Below, in pieces: positions 43,317 through 56,105 of a stretch of 64,000 bases of DNA (position 1 is its first letter; each line of letters opens with the position of its first letter). The notes under the pieces are model-generated. The model did no database searches. It was given only the letters and a program-made list of their open reading frames with translations, and was not told where the DNA came from. This DNA comes from the human T2T-CHM13v2.0 reference genome, Homo sapiens, in NCBI RefSeq assembly GCF_009914755.1, contig NC_060926.1; one strand, 5' to 3'. Both the position numbers and the translations under genes were made by a program.

Positions 43317-46185
43317 AACCTTGACAGTGGGAATAGAACAACAAACATGACAAGGTGTCAGTGCTCATGACTACACTCACAGGAAGGAAACAGACAGTAT
43401 ACAAATAAAGACTGATTCATGCAATAAGGGAAAATGGAATGTGATGGGCATGGGTGGGTGGTAAGAAAAGATCTCACTGAAGAAAAGATCTCACTGATGA
43501 GCTGACATTTGAGCAGAGACCTGCACAATAAAAAGGAGAGAGAGATGGATATATAGTGGGTAGAATTTCAGGTAGTGAGAATACCAAGTACAAAGACCTC
43601 GAGGGAGGAGAGTCCTTGGCCAGAACCCCCTATCTGAAAAAAATAAAAAAAAAAAATGTCCTTGCAGCATTTACTGATGCCGGAGCAGAACAAGTAAGTC
43701 CCACTGCATGCAAGCTGGTATGGTGAGGGACTGTGGTGCAGTGGTTAGAGCATGGCTCTGGTGTCAGCAGATCTGTGTTTGGATCCCAGCTGTGCAAAAA
43801 AGATTTGCTCTTACCACTGCATCTCCCTAAGCCTGGGCTTCTTGCTGGCTGAGCAGGGCCATGACACCACTTCTCCATCCACCTTCCAGGACGGCGAGGG
43901 AGATCCTGAATAAGAAGGCTCTTTCTAAACCGAAACGTACATGAGGGGGTTAAGTATCACCAACATGGGCCTCTTCCCACCTGTCTGTGCTGGTGTTCTC
44001 TGCTTTTGATTTTAAGCCCCCATGGGTTGGCTACCATTTAGCTTGAATTTTCTGGGACAGACTTGATTTTATATGTTTGGTCCTGCCGGCCCTATAAACC
44101 GTTGAAATGTCTGAGAAAGACTCATATTTCAGCTTCCAAACAGCATCTCTCTGACTGCTTCTGGTATGAAGCGCCTCTTGGCAGGACCTTGTTAATGAAG
44201 ATTTGGTGAGAAAAGCTTGACCTCTGGGCGTGCAGGCAGGAATGGGTACAAGTTCCCTAGACTTGCTTTGAGGCAGGGCCTCCTGCGGGTTGGTGTTTCT
44301 ACCTTTTGCTGATGAGGAGGGGAGGCCGTGCTGAACTCTTCTCTCAGCTACTGCTTAGGTACTTGGGGAGGTTCTTCTAAGCCCGCATTTTCTGCTCTGG
44401 AAAATGGGACGCAGCACAGTCCCACACACACCCTTTCCAAAAAGGATGAAGGTGAGCCTGCTGAAGTGCCCTTTGATGCTGGGGAGATGACTGCCAGAAA
44501 AACACATGTGAAACCAGGTGTTACATTATTAATACCTGCACGGCAACTTCAGAGAATTCAGGCAGGCACAACCAGCGGCACTCCAGCTGCAAACACAGCC
44601 CCGTTTCCTCCTGCAAGTCCCTGTGAGAGCCTCTCTAAATCAGACTCTATTTCTGATTGCCTCAACGTTGTATGCTGATGAACTTTGATTCATGAAGTGG
44701 CCTCTCTAGGTGAAAATTTTCATAGAACTCAATTAAACCAAATTGATTGTGGTTGGTTATAAGGGTGAACGGTGTTGCGGGGGGAGGTGGAAATCCAAGA
44801 GAGGACACCAGCAATGTAAAAATTACCCTGAAGAAAACTGCCAAAAATAATACATTTTGCTTCTTGCGAGATTCCATTGACACGGCCTTCTACAGACTTA
44901 TTTTATGGAAAGCTGCGAATGTTTTCACCAGGTTTCATCTGTTTTTATTCTCTTTAGTTATCTAAGTTGCAGCTGAGGCAGGAGACCAATTGATAGGCTT
45001 CCTACCCCCACTGCAACCTCCCTCATCCCCACCTGACCCAGTCTCCTAAAGGATGGCTATAGCTCTGTGACATTTTAATTTGCTAGAATGAGACAGAATA
45101 AAGCACGAAGGCTCGGGTCTGTGCATTTATCTTGCTTGGGGGAAATTAGTGCTGGCTCTAGCACACACCCACTATATACACCAATGAAAAAATACAATTC
45201 AATTTGTGTTGGCAGCTTTAGGAGAGCAGGGCAACCATTTGTTAAGTGCAGGGTAATTCAGCGCCTGATTTTGCAGAGAAGCAGTGCTGAATTCCCAAGC
45301 TGGCAATTTTGCCGGCAGATAAGTGAGTTCCCAGTCCTTTGGAAAGTTTCTAAGCAGAAGATTGCTCTTCTGCAGTGCTGTGGCCCCAGCATGGTGTTTC
45401 TTTTGGTCAAGTCTGCTGGGGTTGCCAAATGCTCCAACAGAGTGGAGTCCAGGGGGCTTTGCAGCAGGGGTGTGGCTGATGGGCTCATGAAAGGCATATT
45501 CTGAACACCAGAGGTTGATGCAGAGGAAATGTGTTTATATGAGAGCATACTGTGCACCTCCTGAGCCTCCCAGTTAAGATGTGCCTATGTGCTCCTGAAG
45601 CTGGAATAAGGAAGAACCTGCAAGAGCCTGCAGTTATCCCATTTCATAATTAGCCAGTGGGTGCACGGGGTGCAGTCAGGAACTGGGGCTGACTGATTGG
45701 CTGCTCTAGGTCATTTGAAGTGAAACAGAGACACATTTTTGAGACTAAGAAATGAATGAAGCAGAGAGCTAGGATGTGCTGAAAAGCAAATCCCTAAATA
45801 ATCACAAGGCATTAAGAAATAGTCTGGCTTACAAGTGTGCTTGTCAACAACTCCACTGCCCATTAAGCTCCCAGAGATCAGGAGCAGAACCATGAGCCTC
45901 TCCTTCCTGCCTCCTCTAGGGCCATGCTGCCGGCCCGTCTGGGTGTTGCTCTACATTTTCCTTCCTACCACCATGCACACTGCCTTCCAACTGCAGGCTA
46001 ACTTGGCAAATGCCCTCAACTGTCAATGCCAACTTGGTAAGGGCAGGGCCCATGTCCTCAGCAGGTGCTCTGTTGACATTTGTCCCTCCCTGTTCAGCTC
46101 GGTTCTCTGCCTGATGACTGCTCTCAGTGAAGCCCCATGCTGATTGCAGATGCCTCTGACAGCCATGCTAGCAGGTCCTCTGGAG

Positions 46186-46680
46186 CACAGGTCCCCAACC
46201 CCCAGGGCCACAGACCATCCAGGAGGAGGTGAGTGGTGGGTGAGTGAGCGAAGCTACATCTGTATTTACAGCCAGTCCCCATTGCTCACATCACCGCCTG
46301 AGCTCCACCTCCTGTCAGATCAGTGGCTGCATTAGATTCTCATAGGAGTGCAAACCCTACAGTAAACTGCACATTCGGGGGATCTAGGTTGCATGCTCCT
46401 TATGAGAATCTAATGCCTGATGATCCATCACTGTCTCCCACCACCCCCAGATGGGACCATCTAGTTGCAGGAAAACAAGCTCAGGGCTTCCACCAATTCT
46501 ACATTATGGTGAATTGTATAATTATTTCATTACATATTATGATATAATGATAATAGAAATAAAATGCACAATAATTGGAATGTGCATGAATCATCCTGAA
46601 ACCACTCTGCACCCCTGGTCTGTGGAAAAATCATCTTCCACGAAACCAGTCCCCAGTGCCAAAAAGGTTGGAGACCGCTG
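46186..46680. mobile_element. MER1A hAT-Charlie element
   Basis: Termini cacaggtccccaacc / ggttggagaccgctg; perfect 8-bp TSD ctctggag (46178-46185, 46681-46688). Confidence 0.92.
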
Positions 46681-47607
46681 CTCTGGAGAACTTCTTAGAT
46701 GCCTGTCAGCCCATGCATGGCACCCGCCTCGGGAGCCCAAGACTTCACCCACATTCTCGCAGGAAGTGGCATTGGATGTTTGTAAAATAAACTCTGGGGT
46801 GTTTGGGTTCAGATCTTTGGCCTGCCCTTCACTCTCTTTGAGTCATTTTACCCTTCTGAGCCTCAGTTTCTTCATATGGAAGTAAATAAAGATGCCTACT
46901 TCAGATACGCTTAAAGCAGATGACATCTGTCATGGTCCTTGTATGCTCTGCTCAGTCACTTCCTCCCCTCCCTCAGGTGTGACAAAAGGCAAAAAGAAAT
47001 TTAACGAGCAGTCTGAATGGTGGGAAGGTGGTAGGAATGTGTCTAATTGCCTTAAATAACAGATAATAATAGATGCATGGGAAGGGATGGGACCGGTAAG
47101 TCTACACGGAGGAGATCTGTGGCCATGACGATAAAGGATTAGTAAAGGTAGAAAAAGGAGATGAGGGCCCTGCCCCAGGGGATGCTACAGTTCTAGGCAT
47201 CACTGCCCATCATGGGACCATCCTTCTAGCAAGTGCAACCTCCCCCAGCTCTGCAAACACAGGAGTGACTGGCTCCTCACCACATCTTTGTCTCCCAGAT
47301 GGCCTAAAACACTGATGTGAGACAAAAGCACATGCTTGGTGAATCTCTGCTCTCGTTCTCACATGAGCTGACAGTTGATGAATCTTTTCTGGCAACCTAA
47401 ATGGACACTATAAGCCAATTCGTCAGACACCCAAGACCTGTCTTTTTGCAGGATATGGTCTTCAATCCTCGAAGCCAGACTGTTTCTTAGGTCAGGGGAA
47501 AGTTGAGGGGTGGCGGCACTGGCAGGCCCAGGGTGGCACCCCCTAGTTGCATTGGGCTCTTTCCTCTAGGTAAAGAGGAAGAAGAGTGAATCTTGATCTA
47601 CACTAAC

Positions 47608-47958
47608 TGATAGGGTTTGGCTGTGTCCCCACCCAAATCGCATCTTGAATTCCCACGTGTTATGGGAGGGACCCAGTGGGAGATAACTGAATCATGGGGT
47701 GGGCCTTTCCCATGCTGTTCTCATGATAGTGAATAAGTCTCACGAGATCTGATGGTTTTAAAAACGAGTTTCCCTACACAAGCTCTCTTTTTGCCTGCTG
47801 CTGTTCATGTGAGACATGACTTGCCCCTCCTTGCCTTTCACCATAATTGTGAGGCCTCCCCACCCATCTGGAGCTGTAAGTCCATTAAACCTCTTTCTTT
47901 TGTAAATTGCCCAGTCTCAGGTATGTCTTTATCAGCAGCATGAGAACAGACTAATACT
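47608..47958 (+). mobile_element. THE1A-like solo LTR
   Basis: tgatagggtttggctgtgtccccaccc...gagtttccctacacaagctctc...ccattaaacc...gactaatact. Confidence 0.92.
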
Positions 47959-50665
47959 GTAGCTCAGGGAGAGGTTGCAGGGTATGGTGCCCTAATTTAC
48001 ATAGTCTCTGTCTGGACACCTGACTCCAGGCTGTTAATAGAATCATGAAGTGCTGATGCCGAAAGGGTCTTTGAGGATGGTTATTCCAGTGTTTTCCTAA
48101 CTCTGTGGAGTCCTAAGCTTGAGGAGGGCCCTCAGGGCCTGTTTGGGGGTAGGGGGGCTCCCATGTGAAGGCATTCTCTGGCTTTCTTCCTTGTCTTCAA
48201 CTAGAACCACCATACCCTGTCTCTTTCTTTCTTGCAGGGGTATGTGATGATGAAGGGGTCACCCGGAATAAAGGGTTCCACTGCAGCAAAGCAAAAACTG
48301 CCTCAAAAGCCACAGAGATGGTTGATTTCATGTCCACGTTTCAGAGTCAAAGGAGTCTAAGGTCCAGAGCAGTGAAGAGACTTGCCCAAGGTCACCCGCT
48401 GGTTAGTGCAGATCCCAGCCTGGGACTGCATCTACCCTGGAGTCCAGCTCTTCTCCCCACCCCTGGACCTGCCCTTCAGACAATCTGAGGACCGTCTCTG
48501 TGCTTTCCTGGCTGGTGATGCCAGGAAGCCTAGGCATGGACTGCTGAATGGGGAGGGAGAAAGTCTAAAAAGCAATGTCAGCAGGAGAATGCACACTCTT
48601 GAAGAAGTACTAGCTATCTGCACTTTGATGTTCTGGAGAGCACCTGGCTTGCCAGGCCCTTTCTTCAGCATCTCTAGGTAGCCCTGCTGAATGGGTCTGG
48701 AAATCCACAGGGCACCAAGTAGCACAACAGAAAATGCCCAAAGCCCAGGGCCATAGCCTTGACACTGTGGCCAATTTGCCGTGTGACCTTGTGTTAGCAA
48801 TTTTGTCTTTGACTTGCCTCACCTATGGATGGTTTATGCCTAAGTTCCGTTCCAGCTTTAGCGTTCCAGGCTCTTTCTGATCTTTAAAGATGAACTTATT
48901 CCTGCACCAATAGCTGTCTTTCTATCAACTTGCCATGAAAAATAGTATCCGCTCTTCCTTTGTATCCCACAAGCTTCAGAGGCCTTAAAGATCCCCATGG
49001 CTTATTTAATTTGAACTTCAACAAAATGAAATTCTTATCCACATGGGAATGATGTGATAGCAAATGTTCAGCTAGACTTTGATTTTTATGTGCATTGTTA
49101 TATGCAAAGAAATCCCTGACAGCCTCCCAGATGTCCTCAGCGATGTCCTCTGTGCACTTTGGTGATATTTTGCTCTTTTCCTCTACGCTCTGGGAACTAA
49201 CTCATCATATATGAGCCATCCTGAGGCTTCTCCAAGAGCACCCACTACATGCCAGGTTTGAAAAACTGTCAACTCATCAGATTGAGAGCTGTTTCATTTG
49301 CTTCAGATGCCGGATATGTAGAGGGAAGGTTGAAAGACCCCCTCAGCAAAAGACTTCAGTCTTGACGAAGCTGGGCACACCGATATACAGCTCCCAAAGA
49401 GGGCGTAATTCTAGGAGTCAACAGCTTAAGGTTCTGCACCCCCCAGAACCCAGACTCATTGTAGGAAAAGCAATGATTCACTCTGAGGCTTCAGAACAGT
49501 ATTAAATTACTTGTCCATTATTCTGTGATTTATGCTGGGGTTGGGCTGAGAGGTCCCTGCATTGCTTTCTCCTCCTCAACCCACTCACCCCAGTTTCAAC
49601 CACTGCCCAAACAGCCACAGAATTTATAACGCAGAAATTGGCTCTGAGACCCAGCACAGTGGCATTTTCTTTCTGCCAGGGATTTTTGCTACTGTGTCGG
49701 TTTTATGCATATGTCCACATGATTCTTATATTAAGCCACAGGAAAAAAAATCCAATTTGTTTTTTATGAAAGTCCAACCGCTGCCCTGCCAGTCAAACCC
49801 ATTTATCTCACCCAGCATGGATTGCTCATGTCAACCCGTGATTACCGTGCACTACCTTGATAACAGCCTGCTAATTATCCCAACATCTGAAAAGCTGCCT
49901 TTTGTAAATTACATTGCCACTAATGAAGCCCAGATGCACTCGCTTCGGTGTCCTCTCCCGCTCCCCCTTTCTCTGTAATGCACAGGAGCCAAACCGCAAG
50001 GCCACCGCTGGCATCTGAGCAACCTTATAACCAAAGCGTAGGATTTCAGGCCCAGCCACAGCACACGTCTCCGGTTGACATAACCCCCATTTGATTCAAT
50101 CTGCTTTCTCCCAGTTTGACTGGGTGTCAGATTAGAGCCCCGTTATTACAGTCCATGCAGAAAACCCAGATACCAGGCAACACTTTAATTTGGGATAATA
50201 AGGAAGATGAGCAACATGTGGCACCGATCATGTAGGTGCAAGGGCTGTGATTTCTAAATTACGCTAAACAGATGTGGAGCGGAAAATTGCCATCCAGATG
50301 ACAGTTTGGTTCAGCTTGAACAAAAACGGGCCCTGACGTGGTTTGGGGCTATTTATGCCATCCTGCTGCCCAATGGCGGGGAGTCAGAGGGGCTGACGCT
50401 TATGCCACAGGTTCAGCAGTGGTCAGCTCTATGGGGTTTTGCTGAGGGACGGCTCCTATGCCCTTCCTGTTGTAGTTTCCTTATGTCTCAGGCAGGCAGA
50501 AAGAAGTGTTGAGGGCTAGGAAGCAAGGATGAGTCAGTGTGGGTGGACATGGGGTGCCTCTTTCCACAAGGTCCGATCTTCTGCCCATCTCTATGGCCAT
50601 ACCATGTGGTTCTGCCAAAGCCTGGCATCAAGATTCCTTTCCAAGAAGTTGTCACACATGTTTCA

Positions 50666-51279
<614 letters not shown>

Positions 51280-51594
51280 CTAGATGACCAGGGCAGTGAG
51301 GGACCTCAGCCCTCTGGATCCCCAAAACAGGAAGGAGTTCCTTTCTTCTCTCTTCTTACTTCTTTCTTTCCAAATTGGAAAGACTGGGCATTTGCCTCTG
51401 CTGAGTTTTTGCTCAGTGATGGCTTAAATGTCCATCCTGCCTTGTTTCCTTACCTCTTAGGCAGAGAGAAACATGTAGAAAGGATGATACTAAGGGAAGA
51501 CTGGGCATGGGTGGTGCCTCTGCAGAGTAGGCTGCAGGAGGTGGCCATGGCACAATCCTGCCTCCACCCCTTCCTTGCGTGCAGACTCAAGTCG

Positions 51595-51860
51595 AGCATT
51601 CATTCAACAAGCATTTATTGGGCCTTCACTGTACAAAGCATGGGGCCAGTGTATGAAGACAAAGAAATATCTCCCACTTAAGCCCTGACCTTGAGTTGCT
51701 CAGTCTTCATGAGAAGGGAGATCTGCCTAGATAGAGCCACTTCTGGAGGGAAGAAGAGGATGAGTGCCTATGAGTGACAGAAACAGAGCACCATGCAGGT
51801 GCAGCAGAGGGAAACGGCCTTCCTGCTCAGGCAGTCATAGAGGAGGAAGATATTTGAATA
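51595..51860 (-). mobile_element. L2 3' end
   Basis: cattcattcaacaagcatttattgggccttcactgt... Confidence 0.7.
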
Positions 51861-52440
51861 GTACTCAGAAACCCCACCCAAAATCCTACAAGAATGGGTA
51901 TCTCACTTCCTTCTAACTGCTTCTAAAGGCACAATCTCATTTTGTTCAGTATCTCAGTAACAGGGCCTGGGAGGGAATTTGAGCCAGGAGCTCATAGGAC
52001 CAGTCTGATAATTTAGAACCTAAAATTGGGGTCTCGGGATTGGGTGAGTGCCATGGATGTGACAGATTGTTCAGATACCATGTCCTGGACATTCTTACTT
52101 GTCTTACGCCTGCTAGGCTTCTGCGGGGCATTTGCAGATTAAAGGCACACTGTGATGTGACTTCATTTTGTTAGTTTCTGTGTTGATGCTCTAAAGAACA
52201 TTTACCTGCACAGTCATTCCGAGGAACAGGATCTTCCAAAGCCTGGCATCAAGATTCCTTTCCAAGAAGTTATCACACGTGTTTCATAGACAGAGACCAA
52301 GTGTGAGAGAGACAGAGAGAGTATAAAATACAGATGCAGAGAAAGAGACAGAGACGGAACCAGAGAGAACTAGAATTTTTTTCCAGTGTCAACTTCACAC
52401 AAGGAAAAGAACAAAAGTCAGAATTCAAACCCAGCACTCC

Positions 52441-52837
<397 letters not shown>

Positions 52838-54100
52838 TAAAACTAAACATTGCATCATGCTTTATAATTTGCAAGGCATTTCAAACCTCATAACTGTTTG
52901 ACAATCCTTTCATCATTATTAGTCTCTGTTAGTCATACAGATACCAGATGATTTGCCCAAGACCACACCACTGGTCAATGGGGAATTTTGCAGCCTGTCT
53001 CTGTTAATTCAAGAGAGCTTCCCCAATGCAACCGAACTCCTGGCTAGACCCCTAAGTCAAAGCAAAACCCTTCACAAAGAACACAATAGATGCATCCTCA
53101 TTCTAATTCCAACCTCTCTTGATCTCAGTTTCTGGACTTTTAATATCAAGATAAACATGCTCCATCTGTTCTCTTCCTGTTCCAGTTACCATGAGATCCC
53201 TGCTTCTGCCCTCCCTAAGAGAACTATCTAGAAGGACAGTCCCCTGTACCAGTGACCTCTCTTCCTTGCTGTTTGTCATTTGTCCCATCTCTTGCAGTCA
53301 CACTCACCTGATGAACCAGATAAGCTATTCTACACAAAACCTGGGATGTTAACAGGGTAAGTAGCCGGCATATGCCTCTGGGGCAATGACCAGTCTTCAG
53401 TGGAAATCTCATTATCTACCTAAATTTGTTTACTAAATAAATGAGACAACCTATTTATGTATCATGTAAATTTAATTAGAGGCCTGATTTATTTACTCTG
53501 TGTCTATCAACAGTCACCACTTTCTCCAGCTCTGCATCCTGAACACTCTTTCCCTGGCATAAAACAAAAACAATTAGCTTCTGTCTTTCTTGGATCTTAG
53601 CCCTGGAGCATAAGGGAGCAGAAGGCTAAAGGCAAAAGCCAAATGGGGTAGGGTAAGTCAGGGGGTGTTCAAGAGAGCCCCCTGAAATACCCAGGCTGCT
53701 AAAAAAAAATTACCAGAACTGAGGGGGGCCTCTATGAGAAGGAGACCCTAGGAAACATCTTTGAGTTAAATCTAGCAAGATTTACTGAAGGGCAAGGATG
53801 CAGGGAGTCCATGAACATTCCATGATAGGAACCCTCCTCATTTATTACTTGTTAAACGATGTTCCCCTAATTTTAAAGGCAATGCGTGTTCCTTGGACAT
53901 TTTTCCCAAATAAAATCTGAGAAAAGTTAATGGTTGGTTCATCTGGATCTTAACAGGAATTTTGCAGTGAAATTAGTCAAATAAATTGGAGCAGGCCTGT
54001 ATTGAACACTGTCTGATTTGGTAACATACCCTGTGACTCTCAGACAGGCACACAGAGTATGCAGGCATCCGCACATCCGTGTGACCATGGAAACACTTGC

Positions 54101-54212
54101 TTGAATACCAAACAAGATATCCAAAAAATAGGACTATTCAAGGCCCTGCCCTTCACTTCTTCCTCCCTCATCATCGGCAGTCTCACACTCACAGGAATAC
54201 TTTTCTTCACAG
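54101..54212 (+). pseudogene. NUMT: ancient nuclear fragment of mitochondrial ND5
   Basis: In the mitochondrial code it reads [37 protein letters not shown], colinear with ND5 [38 protein letters not shown]; one GGA codon is deleted. Confidence 0.88.
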
Positions 54213-54909
54213 AGAAACTCCAGGACCTGCAGAACTCCTTCTATAGAATGGCTGGTTCGGTGTTCTGGAGTCTAGCCCTGGATTTTGCCAAGTGATCAGA
54301 ATGCCTTTCTGGTTTGCACCTGAGCATGGTGACATCAGTTGTATTTGAAAAGTCATTGTAAGCAATGCCACATAAATGCATTGTTACAATGATTGTTCAG
54401 ATGCTGTTGAGTATTGGTGTCTCTTTAAGGATCCATATAAAAGATTTCTCTCTGGTCATAGTTTCAGACCACATACATTTTTGTTAAGCAGCTGGTTTGT
54501 TTTGCTTTAGCTAAACTGTGAATTTTATAATGGAAAGCACTTCGTGTGCTTTGCTTCGTGTGTGCTGCTTAGGAGGCCCACAGCCAAACGTGTGGCTTCC
54601 TCTCTCAGGTAAATTGCATGGCATGGTTTTTTGTATTAAGGACATTCTAGGGTTCATAGTAACTTGCTTATCTATGTTTTCTCCTCTATCTTTCTTAATT
54701 ATTTTAAATTTATTTTATGTTGCTCAATTATTGATAGTTTTAAACCCTATATTCTTTTTTAGAATAAGGCAAAATATAAATGTATAATTAAAAAATTTTT
54801 AACATTTACTTTAGGTGATGATGCAAAGAAGAAAGTAAAAGTCAATTGCAATTCAAACACCAGAGAAAGTTATGCAGTTAATATTTCGATGTATTTTCTG
54901 TCAGCTATT

Positions 54910-55206
<297 letters not shown>

Positions 55207-55249
55207 CTGTCAATTATTTTTACAAAATTAAAATAATATACCATATACA

Positions 55250-56105
55250 AATTTTTATCTTGATTTTTCCACAAAATATCCTGAGCATTTTTCTATAATA
55301 TTAAATATTCTCTATATTTACCATTTTCTCATTTGGGGGCTTTTAGCATCTTCTCAGGGTTTTGCTTTGGTATTTTTTTCTATTATAAATAATGTTGTAT
55401 TAAAAAATCTTTCTAGAAATTTTTTGTTCAAGTTTTTAATTATTATCCTAAGATACATATGTATCTTAATACGTATCCTAAGATACATAACTACTATGAG
55501 AATTAGTAGTTTAAAATACATAACATTTTTAATACTTTTGATGAATATTATACAACTGCTTTACAGTTGTAAAATATGTTTATGTTCTTGCTAACAGCAT
55601 AAAAAGCATGCCTATTTCATCACAACCTCATTGGCATTATTGTGTTATTACAGTTAAAACCTTCGCCATTTTGTAGTAGAGAATGGTTTGTTTTTTAATT
55701 TGCATCTTTGAATACCAGCAATTGCAATCATTTTTCATCCTTTTATTAATCTTTTTTAAGTATTCTTCTTTGAATTGTTGCTTCATATCAGTTGCCCATT
55801 TTTTTGGGGGGGATATTAACATTTTTTTTTTAATGTGAGGCTTTCATACATATATTAAATACGATGACTATTTTCTTATGTATTTATGGAAAATATGCTT
55901 GTGTTTCCATTTTGTTAAGTTTTTTAACTATAGGATTTTTAATTCTTATGTAATCATCTCGACAGATTTGTTCAATTTAATTCTTATCTACATTTGAGAA
56001 TGAAATAACTATCCACATATATTATCTTTTAGGTCTCAAAAAAATGCTCTGATCTTTTAAATTTAACTACATTTAGTTAAAATCTAGAATTAATCTTGGT
56101 GTATT
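55250..56105 (-). mobile_element. Old L1M (L1ME-like) fragment
   Basis: Very AT-rich; ttttttaatttgcatctttg...tattcttctttgaattgttgcttcatatc...gcccatttttt. Confidence 0.6.

Noticed and set aside
53302-53325. Minus-strand ...ggttcatcag|gtgagt as a recursive splice site
   Set aside because: Good donor but weak polypyrimidine tract; other AG|GT candidates (37185, 40435, 56581) are weaker.
54059-54295. 78-aa ORF containing the ND5-like peptide as a functional micropeptide
   Set aside because: Non-ATG start, only the middle is mitochondrial-derived, and there is no promoter or splice support; treated as a NUMT.
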